Assembly: GCA_010093605.1 (NCBI GenBank)
Contig: MU004188.1
Coordinates: 1,813,918 to 1,877,917, forward strand
Length of the DNA: 64,000 nucleotides
Reading direction: 5' to 3'
Source: Lophium mytilinum
Taxonomy: Eukaryota
Below the pieces are notes generated by a model. It worked only from the letters and a program-made list of their open reading frames with translations, had not been told where the DNA came from and searched no databases. Shown one piece after another: positions 37,328 through 50,312 of the stretch. Position numbers and translations under genes: made by a program. Numbering within the stretch: position 1 is the stretch's first letter; every line of letters begins with the position of its first letter.

Positions 37328-37833
37328 GTGGAATTGAAATCCTCGACCTGATAGTGTAGCGCTCAATGGTTTGTATCATCTCTCACCGAGGGTTGGTCTT
37401 CGTTTCTCAAAAAGTCAAGCGAAGTCAATCTTCATATCTATATTACCTCATAAATTCCTGAACACAACATCAACTCATCTCATAACCATATATCACTGCA
37501 ACCTTAGGAAGATCTTGTCTGATTGTATCAATTGTTTTTGATTTCTCGCCAATGCGGCGGATGCTATATACCAATTTTCTGCAGTCTAGCATCGCACTGA
37601 TAGCCAGCCCGCCCACCCCCCCATCCGTCGAACAATTACAATTACCCCCGCATACCCAATGCAGGAACCCTAGACCGACCGATGGTATTGACCGAAGCTC
37701 CGAAACTCGCAAATGATGCAACGCTTATCAAGACATTTGAAGCCAAGCCGCACGCCCTTCTTCCCGAACGCAATGCCCGCTCCGAGCCCTTTTAGTGTGA
37801 AGAGAAAACAATAGAGGAACATGGCCGACACGC

Positions 37834-38391
37834 TTATAGGAACACAGCCATGAACGCACCAACACCAACCACGGCACCGCTCAGCGCCTGCATCGTCGCC
37901 GCGGCACCGGTGCTCGTGCCCGTCGCCGCGCCAGTGCCGCTCGCGCCAGTCGCCTTGCCGCCAGTCGGCGTAGCGGTGGTGTGGCCCTTGCTGTCTGTCA
38001 GCACCTGGGAGCTGCTGCTGGCCTTGGGGGCCAGCACGCTGGTGGTACCGTTGCCCACGCTGACGACGAGAGTGGTGGTGGAGTTGGTGCCCTGGCCCTG
38101 CACGACGGTGTTGAAGCCGGATGCGAGGGCGGGGAGGGTCGCGACGGCGGGTTGGGAGGTGATGACGGCGGGCTGGGTGGTGACGACGGCGGGTTGCGAG
38201 GTCACGACGCTCCACTGGCCAGTGACAACGCCGCCGGAGCCGGTGATGGAGAGGAGGGAGGTGTTGGGGTTGTCGTTGGAGACGACGGAGGCGGAGGAGG
38301 AGGCGGCGGAGGCGGCGGAGGCGGAGGCAGAGTCCTGCGCGAGGGCCGCGGCGGCGAGGAAGGGGATGGAGAGGATGGTTGAGGCGCGCAT
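37834..38391 (-). CDS. Secreted Ser/Thr/Ala-rich GPI-anchored cell-wall protein with short (V/I)T(S/T)QPA repeats
   Basis: Signal peptide MRASTILSIPFLAAAALA, repeats VVTSQPA-VVTTQPA-VITSQPA and a hydrophobic C-terminal GPI signal. Confidence 0.8.
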   Translation of the reverse strand: MRASTILSIPFLAAAALAQDSASASAASAASSSASVVSNDNPNTSLLSITGSGGVVTGQWSVVTSQPAVVTTQPAVITSQPAVATLPALASGFNTVVQGQGTNSTTTLVVSVGNGTTSVLAPKASSSSQVLTDSKGHTTATPTGGKATGASGTGAATGTSTGAAATMQALSGAVVGVGAFMAVFL

Positions 38392-40777
38392 CTTGATTGG
38401 GTTGTGTGGGTGGTTGTGAGGTTGGTTGTTTGGTTGGTGAGTGAAGTGTATAGGTTGATGAACGAAAGTAGTGAACGGTTTGTTTGTTTATGTAGAGTAA
38501 CTTCGAGCTTGCAGTGATGATGAGAGCAACAGAAGAAGAGGACACACAACCTTCTTTAATACTTCCCACAAGTGGTCAGAGCAGAGAGAGCCGCAGCGAA
38601 AGGAGGCCGGACGCGAGACTAATAGAGGCCCGTGTTGATGCCCTTTCCCCCTGCGCCACCCCAGCTCCTAGCAACGGACGCCCCCAGCCCGCGCACTGCG
38701 AACACGTAATTATAGGTATCCACCATTTCTGCCGCTTCGCACGCCCAGTCAAACCTCCCCGTGGAGATTTAATGGCCGAACTCGTCTCTCGCATGCAACC
38801 CTCTCGTCGTTGCGTGCTCACGGGGAGCCGTCGCTGCGTCGCGATGCGCGGGATCGAGTGGTTGCTAGGCTGCTGGAGAGGCGGGTTGCGCTGGCCAGCC
38901 TCGCACCAACAACGCGTTTCGAAATTTCTAGCACTGAGGCGGGGAAACGCTAGAGAATGAACCAGCCCAGCCAGCCCGCCACCGTTTGCTTCGTTACTGC
39001 GGGAACAGCCTCCGGCATGGCAACCCCTTCTCCCATCAACCCAACCCGCTGTGAAGAGGTTGGGTAACGGCAGCTGGCAGCAAAGAAGGGAATTAGGGAC
39101 GGGGAGGAAAAAAACAGCAGCCCCCTTTTTTGCGCCGACGTGACATCCACCAACCCGTCACCGCGGTACGAAGTGACCCTTGGACCCTCGTTCCTCAGCG
39201 CACAATGCAGGGGGTATGCGTATCCCGCCGCGGTTCTAAGAATAGAATGTGCAGGATCTGCGCTCGGGCGCCGGGAGGGACGAGATTTGTATGCAGCTAG
39301 CGTGCTTTGGGGATGGTGTGCTGTGCCACCGCGGAAGAATTGGCGATGGCGAGTGGTGAGGGGGCTCGGGTGGGGCTTGCCACATTCCAATAGTTTCGTT
39401 GGAGATATTTCTGTTGTATCGATTGTGCGGTATAGTGTATGCAGCGAGGCTTTTGGGATGGTGGTGTGGTGGATCGCGGGACCTCGTGTTCGGCACCTGA
39501 TGGTTTCTTGGGGAGCGGAAGGATGGTGTCAGCGCTCGTGGTGTTAGGCGTGCGCATTGCGCGGCTGTCTTTGATGTTTGCGATTGATGAGGGCTTAGAG
39601 GGAAGTCGAGGAAAGGGCCCCATTTCGGAACTCAAGGTGCCAACTGCGGGGACAAAGGTTGACCGGTTCGCACAGCCTTTTGTGCTACGGAGGGGAGGTT
39701 AGGTAGCGTAAGCACGATTGTGGGGTTCTCTAAATAATTGCTTCTTTCATTTCTTAAATTGAAGCCGAATCATGGGTATTCCTATCTAGCTATTCTCTTG
39801 AGGGAGAGGATACAAAATACGACCGCAAAGATCTTAGGCGCCTAGTTATCAAGCCAGATGGTATATGAATAGCTTTCATTCCTTGGTAAGTATCTGTTGG
39901 GATAGTTCTCCACAAAGAGCTTCCATGAGCCCACATGAAGAGCAGGCATACCTAGTAGGATTAGCATGACACACCTTATGAATCAGGCCTCCAGTTCCCA
40001 AGACGCGTCACGCATTGCGATGAAGGGAGGCCTGAAGGCTTAGAGCAATAAGAGTAAACCAAGACGTGGCTGACGGTGTCGAAACTTCGTAGATAAGACT
40101 ACCCATATTAAGTGACAGGTTCAGCCTGGTTGTGGTAAAACTGGGTAAGGGAGAAGCTTACAGTGATTGTAGAAAGAGTAAATGTAAGGCTGCTTCCAGG
40201 TGAAGTTCTTTGTACTATTCATTAACAGGGACCTCGGCGAAAGGCTAATTTGGACACTGAAGTTTCGTTGCTAGAGCATGGGGCTGTAATCGGACTTAAG
40301 GAGCACGTTTGGAGTTTTGTAACTGCGACGTCTTGGGGTGCTCCAAGGAAAAACTCTTGCGATGGACGCGGTTCTCTAAATTGGAGTGCGATTTGGACCA
40401 TGAGATAGGATCGCGAGACTTGAAAACTGAGTATCAGACTTGTGGAATGAGGTTTGAGTTTCATGGACAAAAGCGCTGTCCAGGGGTGCTTCAACATCAC
40501 AAGGTTCTTACCAAGCCGAAGTACAAGGAAGTCCTGCAATAGACGCAGCAGTCTAGGACAAGACAGTTGCAATACTGTTTGAATTTCTTTCTTCTTTGAT
40601 TGTAGGTATTATCCATTCATTCCACATCCTCCATCATAATCCCATATCCATCAGCATCCACTTCCCTCTTTTACACCTCATTACCAGTAATATGTACAAC
40701 ATAAGAAAGCTCCAAACCTGACTCATTCGTCATGCCAAGCAGCATCAAGCCACAGCCTCTAGTCCACACCCGTCACA

Positions 40778-41671
40778 TCAAACCAGCGCAGCTAGCAGCC
40801 CAAACACCGCAAGCCCCCACGACCTCTCCCTGGTACTCGCCGCGGCCTGCATATTCTCGAATGGGCTGCCATTATCCGATGGCCCCGCCTTCTTCGAGCT
40901 CGACGTCGACGTGGCCGTCTGCTCTGCCTTCTGTGGCCCCGTCGTCGTAGCCGCCGCCGCGGTACTGCTATCCAGCGGACTCGCAGACATCACAAGCGTG
41001 CTCTGCTCAAAAGTCGTAGTTTCATCATCTCCACCCCCCGCCACACTCGTTTCCGGCTTCCCGTAAACCACCGTGCTAGGCTCCACAACCACGGGGATGA
41101 TCACGTAGACCGTCGAGCCCTGGCTATCTGTTCTCGTTTCTGTGATCGTAGACGTATATGTACTCGTGATGTAGTCCTGGCTTTTATCGGTGTGGTGGTG
41201 CTTCTCCGAAGCGGGTTTCGCGGTGGATATCGCTTTGGCGGAAGCGGTTTGCGTAGCGCAATTTTCTGCACTTTTGATGATGGAGTTGGGGATAGGTTGC
41301 TTGACGGTGTCGCAGAGCAATTCAAGCGGCCCCAGGAAGAGCTGCACGTCCATGTTGTCTGAGTCGCAGTCGGAGCGCGCGCAGGAGACCGTGTCGGTTA
41401 GGAAGGTGCCTTTGCTTGCTTTGCAAATGCCTGTGCGTCCCAAGATCAGTATTTAGTACTTCGTGTACGCGCTATAACCAAAGCGAGCGTATAAACGCGT
41501 CTCGAAAATTGGAAAAAGCGTACATGGCAGGTCCCATCCGTCGCAATTTAGATTCGTGTCCGCGACGCACGAGCGCCAGCATTTTGGTAGGCTGTCTACG
41601 AAGCCCGAGTCTGCGGATACTGAGACGACGAGCGCGAAGGCTGAGAGGAGGGAAAGGCGTGAGAGGAGCAT
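40778..41671 (-). CDS. CFEM-domain, probably GPI-anchored, secreted protein, 2 exons
   Basis: Signal peptide, then LPKCWRSC...NC.GWDLPC|ICK...VSC...DC...LLC in CFEM-like Cys spacing, a Ser/Thr stalk and a hydrophobic tail. Confidence 0.78.
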
Positions 41672-42671
41672 CTTCGCGCGAGCCTCACTCTCACGGAGAG
41701 GACGCTTCCCAGATTCCAGTGGGGCCAACCAGGCTGAAAAGCAATCAATAGATAGACACGCAAAAGAACGAACGTCAATAGATGACGAGAGAGAAAGAAA
41801 CAGGTGAGGTTGTAGTACAGCACAGCTAGCAACACTACCTAGAAACAGGCTCCAAGGCTGTGCAGCAAGCCCCGTGTTCTGGTGAGCTGAGAGGCAAGCA
41901 TCACCTCGGCCTGCCTGCACTATCTTGCAGCTGGCCTCTCATAGCCAACGGCGAGCCCAGTCCAGCCCCGAGTTTGTTTCTGATCTCCGCCCCCGACGAT
42001 CCTGTCATAACGCGGCGTAGCCATGCACTCGCCGACCCGGGAAAGGCGGCGATCGGTTGTGTTTCAGGCTGTCGGATCTTGGCTCCAGTTGCCGCGAGAT
42101 TTCGGCTGCAGGTGCGTGATTGGGTCGCTGGACGGCCGGTGCTGGCTTTGGGTTTAGGGCCTCTTTTGACGTCAATTTTAAAGCTGCAGGGGCACGAGGG
42201 TTTTGATATTTGCATGAACTTCGTGATATTGCATTTTCGATCTTGGTAGCCGCATGTGTATGCCATTGGTGTATTATTAATTGAACAACACATCCTGATA
42301 CAAGCTGTGAAATCCATTCTGGGCAATACGAGATGAACCAACCGACGAAAGACCTGCTGAGACGGCGGCATATGAGGACCTTTGGGAGTCGTTCAACCAG
42401 AGTTACCTAGCCCTCGTCATTAGCCTGGCACGCTGGGCATGGAATAGGTGTCACATCCAGCATGTGTTCTGTCTCGTGCGGTCGTGCGTATAGCTGTCTG
42501 CCACTGCTTGGAGTGCTTCAACAATCTCCCTTACAGCCCAAAGCTAAGAGTCATTATCTCATTAATATTTTTAAGAAGGCATTGAAGCACCACAAACAGC
42601 GGCAGACACATGTATAAAAGCTATTGATAGAGGCGTACAGCTATACATGACGCAACAATGTACCAAGTACT

Positions 42672-43525
42672 TCAAGAGCAAGAGCAGAGATCTCCTTCTT
42701 CGTACTCTATGGCGCGTCCTTTCCATTCCAGGAGCCTATCCTTGCCGCAAGAAGTGCAGCAAAGTGCCTTTTGGAAAATTTTGAAATTTTCCGTCAGTCC
42801 TTTGCCAACTCCAACATAGCAGTCCCTGCTGAACTCTCCAATCTCCGCTAGTAGCTTCTGGATCGGGCTTTCACGGTCTTGTTTGGAGATTTTTTCTTGG
42901 AAGGAGACCATGATATTGACCACATAATCACGGAGTCCACGGTCGCTTGAGGGAGTACTTTCGTAGATAGCGCGTACAACATCCGGAAAGTATTCCTGCT
43001 CCCACTCGGAGCTCACAAAGCAACAAAAACGACCTAGGGCATGTTCTTGGAGGCTAGGAATTTCGTACTTGTGGCCGATCCCGTAAACCGCAACTTCGTG
43101 GAGGGCTCGGAGACGCTCTGAGGTTGCGCCCTTCGGACACGGATAACTGGCAGTATAGGCAAATTCGAGCATCGCCCTGACGGCGTCAGAGTCGTCGTGA
43201 CTGAGGTCTATCACGCCGTCTGTAGCTTCCTATACGATGTTATCAGCTTCGTCCTCTGGTTACAATGCATTAGGTCTACGGCCCCACAGATATAGCTTAC
43301 TTTGAATCCAGAGCTACAAGCCTTATCAAAGAATCTGACCTGAGAGCAGAGAATAACTCGGTGAGCTTTGAAGGAAATTTCGCCGCAACGGATCTCGAGA
43401 TCGCTGTACTTGTCGGAGTTCATGAAGCTGCGGCATTTGGTCAGCTTGTTTACTGCGAAGCGCGACCTTTTGAGAAGCACTTACTCTGACACATCAAGGC
43501 GGATGCCCTGATCCGACGACATCAT
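42672..43525 (-). CDS. BTB/POZ domain protein (copy 1), 3 exons
   Basis: FMNSDKYSDLEIRCGEISFKAHRVILCSQVRFFDKACSSGFK|EATDGVIDLSHDD...VYGIGHKYEI...IYESTPSSDRGLRD. Confidence 0.85.
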
Positions 43526-44139
43526 AGAATACTGCAGCCACCACGGCTGTGCTTTATGGTGGAGGCGAAAGATTGTGGTGTTGAAAGAGTCGAAGACGGC
43601 GAAGAAGTCACAAACAAGTGAGGTAGAAAGAACACACGTGGGGCGCCGATAGCGCGGTCAATCGAGGTGAATAGACGGAGGAGGATTTTGTCATCAGTGA
43701 AGTGGAATCGCAGCGGCCAATGCCTCAGTCGCCACCCCAGTGCGCCGCCGTCTGAGGTGGCTCGGCGAGTTTTCGGACTGCGCAGACGCCTTTTGTTCGC
43801 ATGTTCGAAAAGAGGTTGAGGCACCACACGCGGCGGCAAGAAGGTGTATGCAGATCTGTAACGAGATTTTGAACGAGAAGGAAAGAAGGGAGCCGAATTT
43901 TGGAAGTCGACGTGATTTTAATGTTATAGTAAGAAAGGAATTGGGATGGGCACTCGATCATTAGATCGACGTGTCTGGACAACACCACATAGCAATAGGA
44001 TATAGCAAGATGCTAACCAGAGATTCTTTAACAATCTGATCCGCCTGCGATGACCCACTAGTCTCGTCGGAATCATCGATCCTAGCAGCGACACCCTTCG
44101 TTTTCAGTCGAGCAATGTCCTAGCACTAGCCCAAGCGCC

Positions 44140-44996
44140 TCATTCACAGCCAACGCAACTCCTCTCCACCAGCTCCACGAAGCCGCTCAAAGGCACCTCA
44201 CCTCCATTCGCGGTATACTTATCTTCGCAAATGTAGCATACGTAGACTGTCTCGAATTTCTTCACATCCTTATCATATAGCTTGCTCATATGAACGAAGC
44301 AATCGCTCGCAAAATCTGGAATTTCGGCCATCATCGCCCGAAGTGGGCTGTTACCCTCTTGCTGGATAATGCTGGAGTGGTTGTCGCCGGCGATGCTAAC
44401 CATCATATCGCGCAGTCCACGATCGCTCGTGTGTGTAGATTCGTAGACTTCCCGGACTATGTCGGCGAACCAATCCGCCTTTCCCATATCGTGAAGGAAA
44501 GTTCTAGTTCGATTCTTGGCTATCGCCTTGAGCACCGTAATTTCGTATTTCGAAGCAATTGCGTAGACATTGACGTGGTGCAGCATTTGGGCACATGCCT
44601 TTGGTACTGGTGATGAGGTCTGAACTTCGGGAGTCGTGTAGGTAGAAGTGTACGCATATTCCAGCATCGACGCGACGGCGGCAGCGTTGTCGTGGCTGAG
44701 GTCAATCACACCCTCTGTGGCTTCCTAGATGGATTGTCGTCAGTGCCATCCTTGAGATCACAATGTTTACAAGCTTACCATGAAACCCAAGCTGCAGGCT
44801 TTGTCGAAGAACTTGATCTGGGGGCATAGAACCATCCGGTGAACCATGTAGGTGGTGTCGTTGCAGCGGACCTCGAGGTCGCTATATTTCGCAGAGTTCA
44901 TGTAACTTTCACGGTTAGCGAAAGCGCGATAGAAAGCAGGGCTTGGGTAGAAGCTTACCCTGATACGTCGAGCTGTATGAGCTTAGGAGCCGACAT
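44140..44996 (-). CDS. BTB/POZ domain protein (copy 2), 3 exons
   Basis: YMNSAKYSDLEVRCNDTTYMVHRMVLCPQIKFFDKACSLGFM|EATEGVIDLSHD...VYESTHTSDRGLRD. Intron positions match copy 1. Confidence 0.85.
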
Positions 44997-45348
44997 TTTT
45001 ACTACAGTAGCTAGATGAAGCCTTCCCTTATGTGAATGGTGACCGAGGTGAGGTGTTCTGCGGAGAGTGTAGAGGATTGCGTAGAAGAACCAGAAAGTAG
45101 AGAGGGCTGTTTGCGGCTAGCGTGCCTGAATTTTCGTGACCGCCAATGCACACAAGTTCATCCAGAGGAAAGTGCACTCAGTTAGAACCGTTTCACTGTA
45201 GGAACAAGCGATAGAGGATTCTATCAAGAGCAAATTGCTACTCCACTAATCAAAAGCATATACAGAAAAAACTTTCGCCTTCCTACATCTAAGGCTATAC
45301 TCCCTATAGCAACGATCACTGCCCTGCGCGCCGCCATCAGGTGATCGA

Positions 45349-46020
45349 TTAATGAGATAGCTGCCCGCGGACGGCACCCGATACGGCCAGGCTAGAATGC
45401 ACATCAGTGAAGAAAGCCTCTGGGTTTTCCTCGATCTGCTTGACGTGGAATCCATCCGCGGTGTCAACGCCCATAGCCAGGACACCAGTCTTGAACGGGC
45501 CTTTCAAGCAGCCCACACTGTTACGGACAGGTCCATCACCCATCGGATTCGGGAACGCAAGTCTGTGTGTATGTATCAGCATTTGCCTACTATCTGGGTG
45601 AGGCGATTGGAGGACATCCATACCTAGGTGGTCCAGCTTTGCCTTTGGGGCCTTGGTGGATGTGCGTGGCAGTCTTCGCAGGGCTCACGTACTCACCCTT
45701 GAAGCCCTTCAAAGTGATGTTGTAGCAAATGACATTGTCCTTGGAGTTGATGCCGTAGTTGTAGTAGCCAATGGCGCCCTTAAGACCGCCGGTAGCAACG
45801 CTGACATTGCTGAGGAAAGCTGTAAGTGCCTGCTCTCGGCTTCAGATACTGCGGGACCTTACCTTACGACCTGCTCGGGGGTCGCGATGACGTTATAGGT
45901 GGAGGTGAACTCGAAGACCTCCTTCTGGTGCTTGCCCTTCCAGGACTTGTCATGCTTGCCCCAGGTGGGGATTGCGGCGGCGGTGAGGGCCAAAGCGAAG
46001 GTGATCAAAGCGGTCTTCAT
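45349..46020 (-). CDS. Small secreted CHRD-domain protein, 3 exons
   Basis: Signal peptide MKTALITFALALTAAA, then ICYNITL...TATHIHQGPKGKAGPPR|LAFPNP...FFTDVHSSLAVSGAVRGQL. Confidence 0.8.
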
Positions 46021-47965
46021 TGTGATGATTGTAAAACTTGGGGGCAGTTCAAATGTGGAGAGGGTTGAGATAGTATTGCAAGAAAGTGCTCAAGTCATTT
46101 TAATGTAGAATGAATTTGAAGGATGGGATGAAGACGTTTTATAGTAAATCTTTGCCCTACAAACACTACTCTTCTCACAAGAGCATTACGCAACACGCCA
46201 CAAAGCTGCCCGTTCATTGCTCCTTAGCTCTCAGAGAGCCTTCTTTTAATAACGTAGGAAGGCTAAAGTCCAATTGAGAGGCTGGGTTGGCTACTTGGCG
46301 ACAGCGGAATATCTTGGCGGAAGGGCTGGAGAACTTGGCGGATCCGAATTGAGCGTCCACGTGCACTTGGAAGTGCTGAGATGGACTTTCAAATTAGAGG
46401 TCCAATCGGTAGGCTTCCGACAATATATTTTCGAAGAGGAAGATGAAGCTGGGCGAGGAATAGTGCGGGAATGTCTAGATCCGGTAGACTGTAGCCAAGA
46501 CCATCGTGGCGGAGCAGTTAGGTTAACTTCGCAGATCATCTGCATTAACCCTAAAGCTGCGAAGCTTGAGAGGAATCTGATGGCTAGACTTTCATTCGGA
46601 GCATTCAGTGACGATGGAGGCGCCTAAGGATTCTCTCGCCATCTGCCGGACGAAATATGAAAACCTTAGGTTGCTTGGAGAGTTGGCAAGATATCTCCAA
46701 GGGCTCAGTTCGCATATTGGCAAAACCGGAAGCTCCTTGGGCGTGATCTGGTGGGGTTGTGGCATGTCGAATGGTCCTGTCTCCTTGACTTAGGCGCGAA
46801 ACGAGTCGCGCGAAAAGGAAGATAAATGCGGACAAAAGCTCGACCAACATCTACTCTTTAACAACGAGAGGAAATGAACACCCTGGCTCATCCTGACTGG
46901 TCTTCTGTGCTTTCTGGCTTGATAGCTCGTTCGGGGCTTTATTTCCCCAAAACCTCATACAAGCGATGGAGCCCTTCACCGCCACTTTAGCAACCCACAT
47001 TAGAATTAGTAGACCCACGAATTCATCTCGACCGCGCCCTCGCACAATGGATGTATTTCAGACTTCATATAGACCTCAGACGTGAGAAATAACGAGGGAC
47101 AAAAGAAAAGGTTGGCATTCTCATGCTTCTTGGAGGACTAATATCCCGTGACTCTTCGCTCATACCTAGTCTTGAGTCACATCTGCGGAACTTGATAAAA
47201 TGAGGCAGAGAAAGAGGTTGAAAATGCGTTCGCGAGGGTTCAAGACTTCTGAGCGGTAGTGTGGTGGTCCCAAGGTTGAGTTCCCACGCCGTCGTGCACC
47301 CCAGAAGGACACCGCGGACTGCCACCTGGGCATGAGGTCATAGACAGCAAGACGCCTTTGCCCATGCCGCATGGAGCTGAAAGCCCAAAGTCCGAATGAG
47401 CAAGACCCTTGCATAAACTTACACGTTCTGGGGCCATATTGGAGCGTTTCTGACAGGTACCCGCCGCTGCTCACCTATCGAATCCACGAGCAACTGCAGG
47501 GCCGTCTGATGAGGGGACAGATCGGACTGGGCTTGCATCAGCCCTGCGCCCCACGCTGATCGGATTGGGCGCAGTCACGCGGCATCAAGTGCGAGTCGTG
47601 AACGAGCTGCTTGATCCAGCCGAATCACACAACAATGAGGTTGTCAACGGGAGTAACGAGAGTGTCGAGACGGCTCCGAAGAAGCTCGGCGAGAAAGAGG
47701 TGATCTCAGGTAAGTCGGCCGAGAAGGCCTATTTGCACTTGTCGTCTATTGGAGCAGGCATCTCACAGGGACGGATGCCGGAAGCGCCGGTCTTTTCGGT
47801 GGTGGGCATCGACGGCCATGACGCCTGCACCCCAGGGCTGCCTGCACCACTACGGTGGCTCTCTTTCTTCTGCCATGCTTCTGGACTGACCCAATCCACA
47901 AAGACCCCTCCACATTCTATAACCACCGCCCGTTAAAATCAAGTTATACGAAGCACCACCACATC

Positions 47966-48894
47966 ATGCCTATTCGCAATCCCTTCCGCAAAGCTCCCGG
48001 CGGCGTCGAGCTGCAAGAAGAGAATCAACGGCCGGGTGCGGACCGGGGTTTCCAGCAGACACCAGTCAACGGGACCAAGCCCGTCGAGATCAAAGAACCG
48101 ACCGAGTATAAACTCAGTGGTAAGTAAGACATGAACCGCGTCGCTATTACCTGCGCGGTTTAGTGGGGTGACGATAAAGAATTCACGCTTACGCTTCACA
48201 GAAATCAACGATAGTGGAGTTTATCTTCCGGTACAGTGCCCAAATCGTCCTCTATGTAACTCGAGGACACAATTAAGTGCCAGGAATGTATGCGCTGATA
48301 CATAGTTTCGCAGCCCTCGCCTCCCGAGAAGCCCAGCTTCTGGCACAGCAAATCCAATGCTTCAACCACATCGTCGAACCACCGGAGCATGCTAAGTGAG
48401 ACTGAGCCGTTCAGTATCTCAAGAGAGTCATTCGACTCCTACAGGAGATCCTTTGTATGTATAGGTCCCCTCTGCTTGGTTCTTATCCGCTTACACCAAC
48501 TGTACAGGACATCTCCGCCCGCTCCCCAATCCCCGATTGCACCGGTGAAGGGCGTCTCCGCCAAAGCCTCGACTCTCGTCGCAACCAATACATACCGCGG
48601 TCTTCGTTCCAGGACCGCCGCATCGACTGCCCCGATGCCACTGCCGAAGAAGGCTTCGAAGAAGTCGGGCTAAACGACGAGCCGAAGCCAGTCAAGAAGA
48701 GGGGTCTCTTCGCTCGCTTTGGCGACAACTCGGATGCGACGGTCAATACTAGCAACGAAAGGCCAGCATCGAGCCACCACTCGTTCCACTTCACAGGCCG
48801 CAAGAGGGGCCAAAGCGGCCAGGGCGCCGAGCTGAGAAGCATGGGCGACAAGCTTCCAAGTGTGCGCACTGATGTTCCGGTTGAGGCTCGCTGA
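47966..48894 (+). CDS. Small Pezizomycotina-type hypothetical protein, 4 exons including a 29-nt exon (48202-48230)
   Basis: MPIRNPFRK...EYKLS|EINDSGVYLP|PSPPEK...EPFSISRESFDSYRRSF|DISARSP...FEEVGLNDEPK. Canonical splice sites keep the frame. Confidence 0.75.
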
Positions 48895-49834
48895 GCGCAG
48901 CCAAATTTAATGATAATGCATATGTGGGGTTGGGTTTTCCCTTTGAGTCAAGAGGAGGGAACGGCGTTTTGGATCAATCTATACCTGTCGCTGCAGGACA
49001 TTTCTTGAGAGGTCACTTTTCCCAAAGTGCATTGCTATCGCTCCGCTGCATTCGGGGGATGCGATATCGGTACGTTTGTAGTTATACTTAATGAATGAAT
49101 TTTAATGGTTTGATGAGAAGGGGTTTCGATGATTTGAGTTGCGTCTATTGCTTCATAAACTGCATAGCGTGCATATCACTTTACTTGGATCCATTGATCA
49201 CAGAAAGCTACCGCAGAAATCTAGATCAATTGGCCACCAAATCTACATTTATTGTCTGCGTTGATCGTTCGACAAACATCACATCCTAAGGTCTTTTTCA
49301 TCAACCAAGAGTAGCAATTCGTACCAGTCGTGAATCTTAGTCGATAGTAAATCCTGATACAAGTAATCCAATATTGTGAAAGGCTGTACAATCCCACTAG
49401 ACAGAACACAGACATGGACGTTAAGTGAGACTCCATGACTGATAGAGAATTTTGGATAGCATCAGTCAACAGCGAAGCCGAGGCTTGAGGCAAACTTTTC
49501 AGTTTGATTCTGGCCTGATGATAGATGATCAAGAAGGTGTCTGATCCGTGGTTGGAGTGGAAGATCGGGAACTCTCGGATCCAATGGCGAATCTTGAGAA
49601 CATCCATCACGTGATAGTTTTCTTGCGGTGGGACAGTGATTCGGTAGCACTATGTCAAACACACGAAGAGCAGTCAGCTGAGCACATTGAGTTTGAATTT
49701 AAGCCTCAAGATGGCTGGTAAGGATATTGGATTTGCTCGTGGACGAAAATGAAGCTTGAAGCATCTAGATCGCAGCCCCCTCACTTAGTGACAGTCTAGT
49801 ATATATCATTTAATTTCACATAGGTTCTTCTAAT

Positions 49835-49939
49835 GGCAAGGTGGCCGAGTGGTTATGGCGTTACGTTTAGGTACGAGCATCCCTGCTCATTTACTATCCG
49901 TAATTCGAAAGAGCGTGGGTTCGATCCCCACCCTTGTCA
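49835..49939 (+). tRNA. tRNA-Leu(TAG) with a 26-nt intron (49872-49897)
   Basis: Acceptor stem GGCAAGG/CCTTGTC-A, A box TGGCCGAGTGG, anticodon stem TTACG/CGTAA around TT-TAG-G, variable arm, T arm GTGGG-TTCGATC-CCCAC and a downstream T run. Confidence 0.93.
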
Positions 49940-50312
49940 ATGCATTCTCTTTTTGCTTTTGGATAGTCCTGAGCTATGCTTCGCATCCTTTTTGCCCTTT
50001 GTTTCCTTGCTTGTGCTAGTTGAGACTTTCTTTATGGTGGTGGAAAGGCTGTGGGGTGGAGATTGGTAGGGTCCATGGATTCATGCGTTAAAATGCTGAT
50101 TAGCGAACAACTAGAACACCAAAAGGCAACCGTAATATTCGAGAGTACATTCAAGACATCAGTAGTCGAGACTTAAGGGCAGTGAGAGAGTCTATGCTCT
50201 ACTTAGAGAGTAGTAGCGCTACTGCGGGTAGCGAGTGGTAGAAAGAGCGTCTTATACCATCCCTGATATTCAACCAAAGCATCAAGCAACGCAAACAAAA
50301 CGCAACCCTGCA

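Noticed and set aside
37670..38960. Long overlapping ORFs (299, 189, 133 and 148 aa) around the GPI protein
   Set aside because: Shadow frames of a GC-rich low-complexity gene; only 37834-38391 has a signal peptide and GPI tail.
40309..40542. Cys/His-containing ORF resembling a decayed C2H2 finger (CDVLGCSK...DLDHE)
   Set aside because: Non-ATG start and ligand spacing that does not fit; may be chance.
46274..46850. Short ORFs with protein-like composition between the CHRD gene and the hypothetical gene
   Set aside because: No ATG-initiated coherent model and no motif recognised.
49221..49662. 129-aa minus-strand ORF beside the tRNA
   Set aside because: Starts at GTG and has no recognisable domain; at best a decayed fragment.
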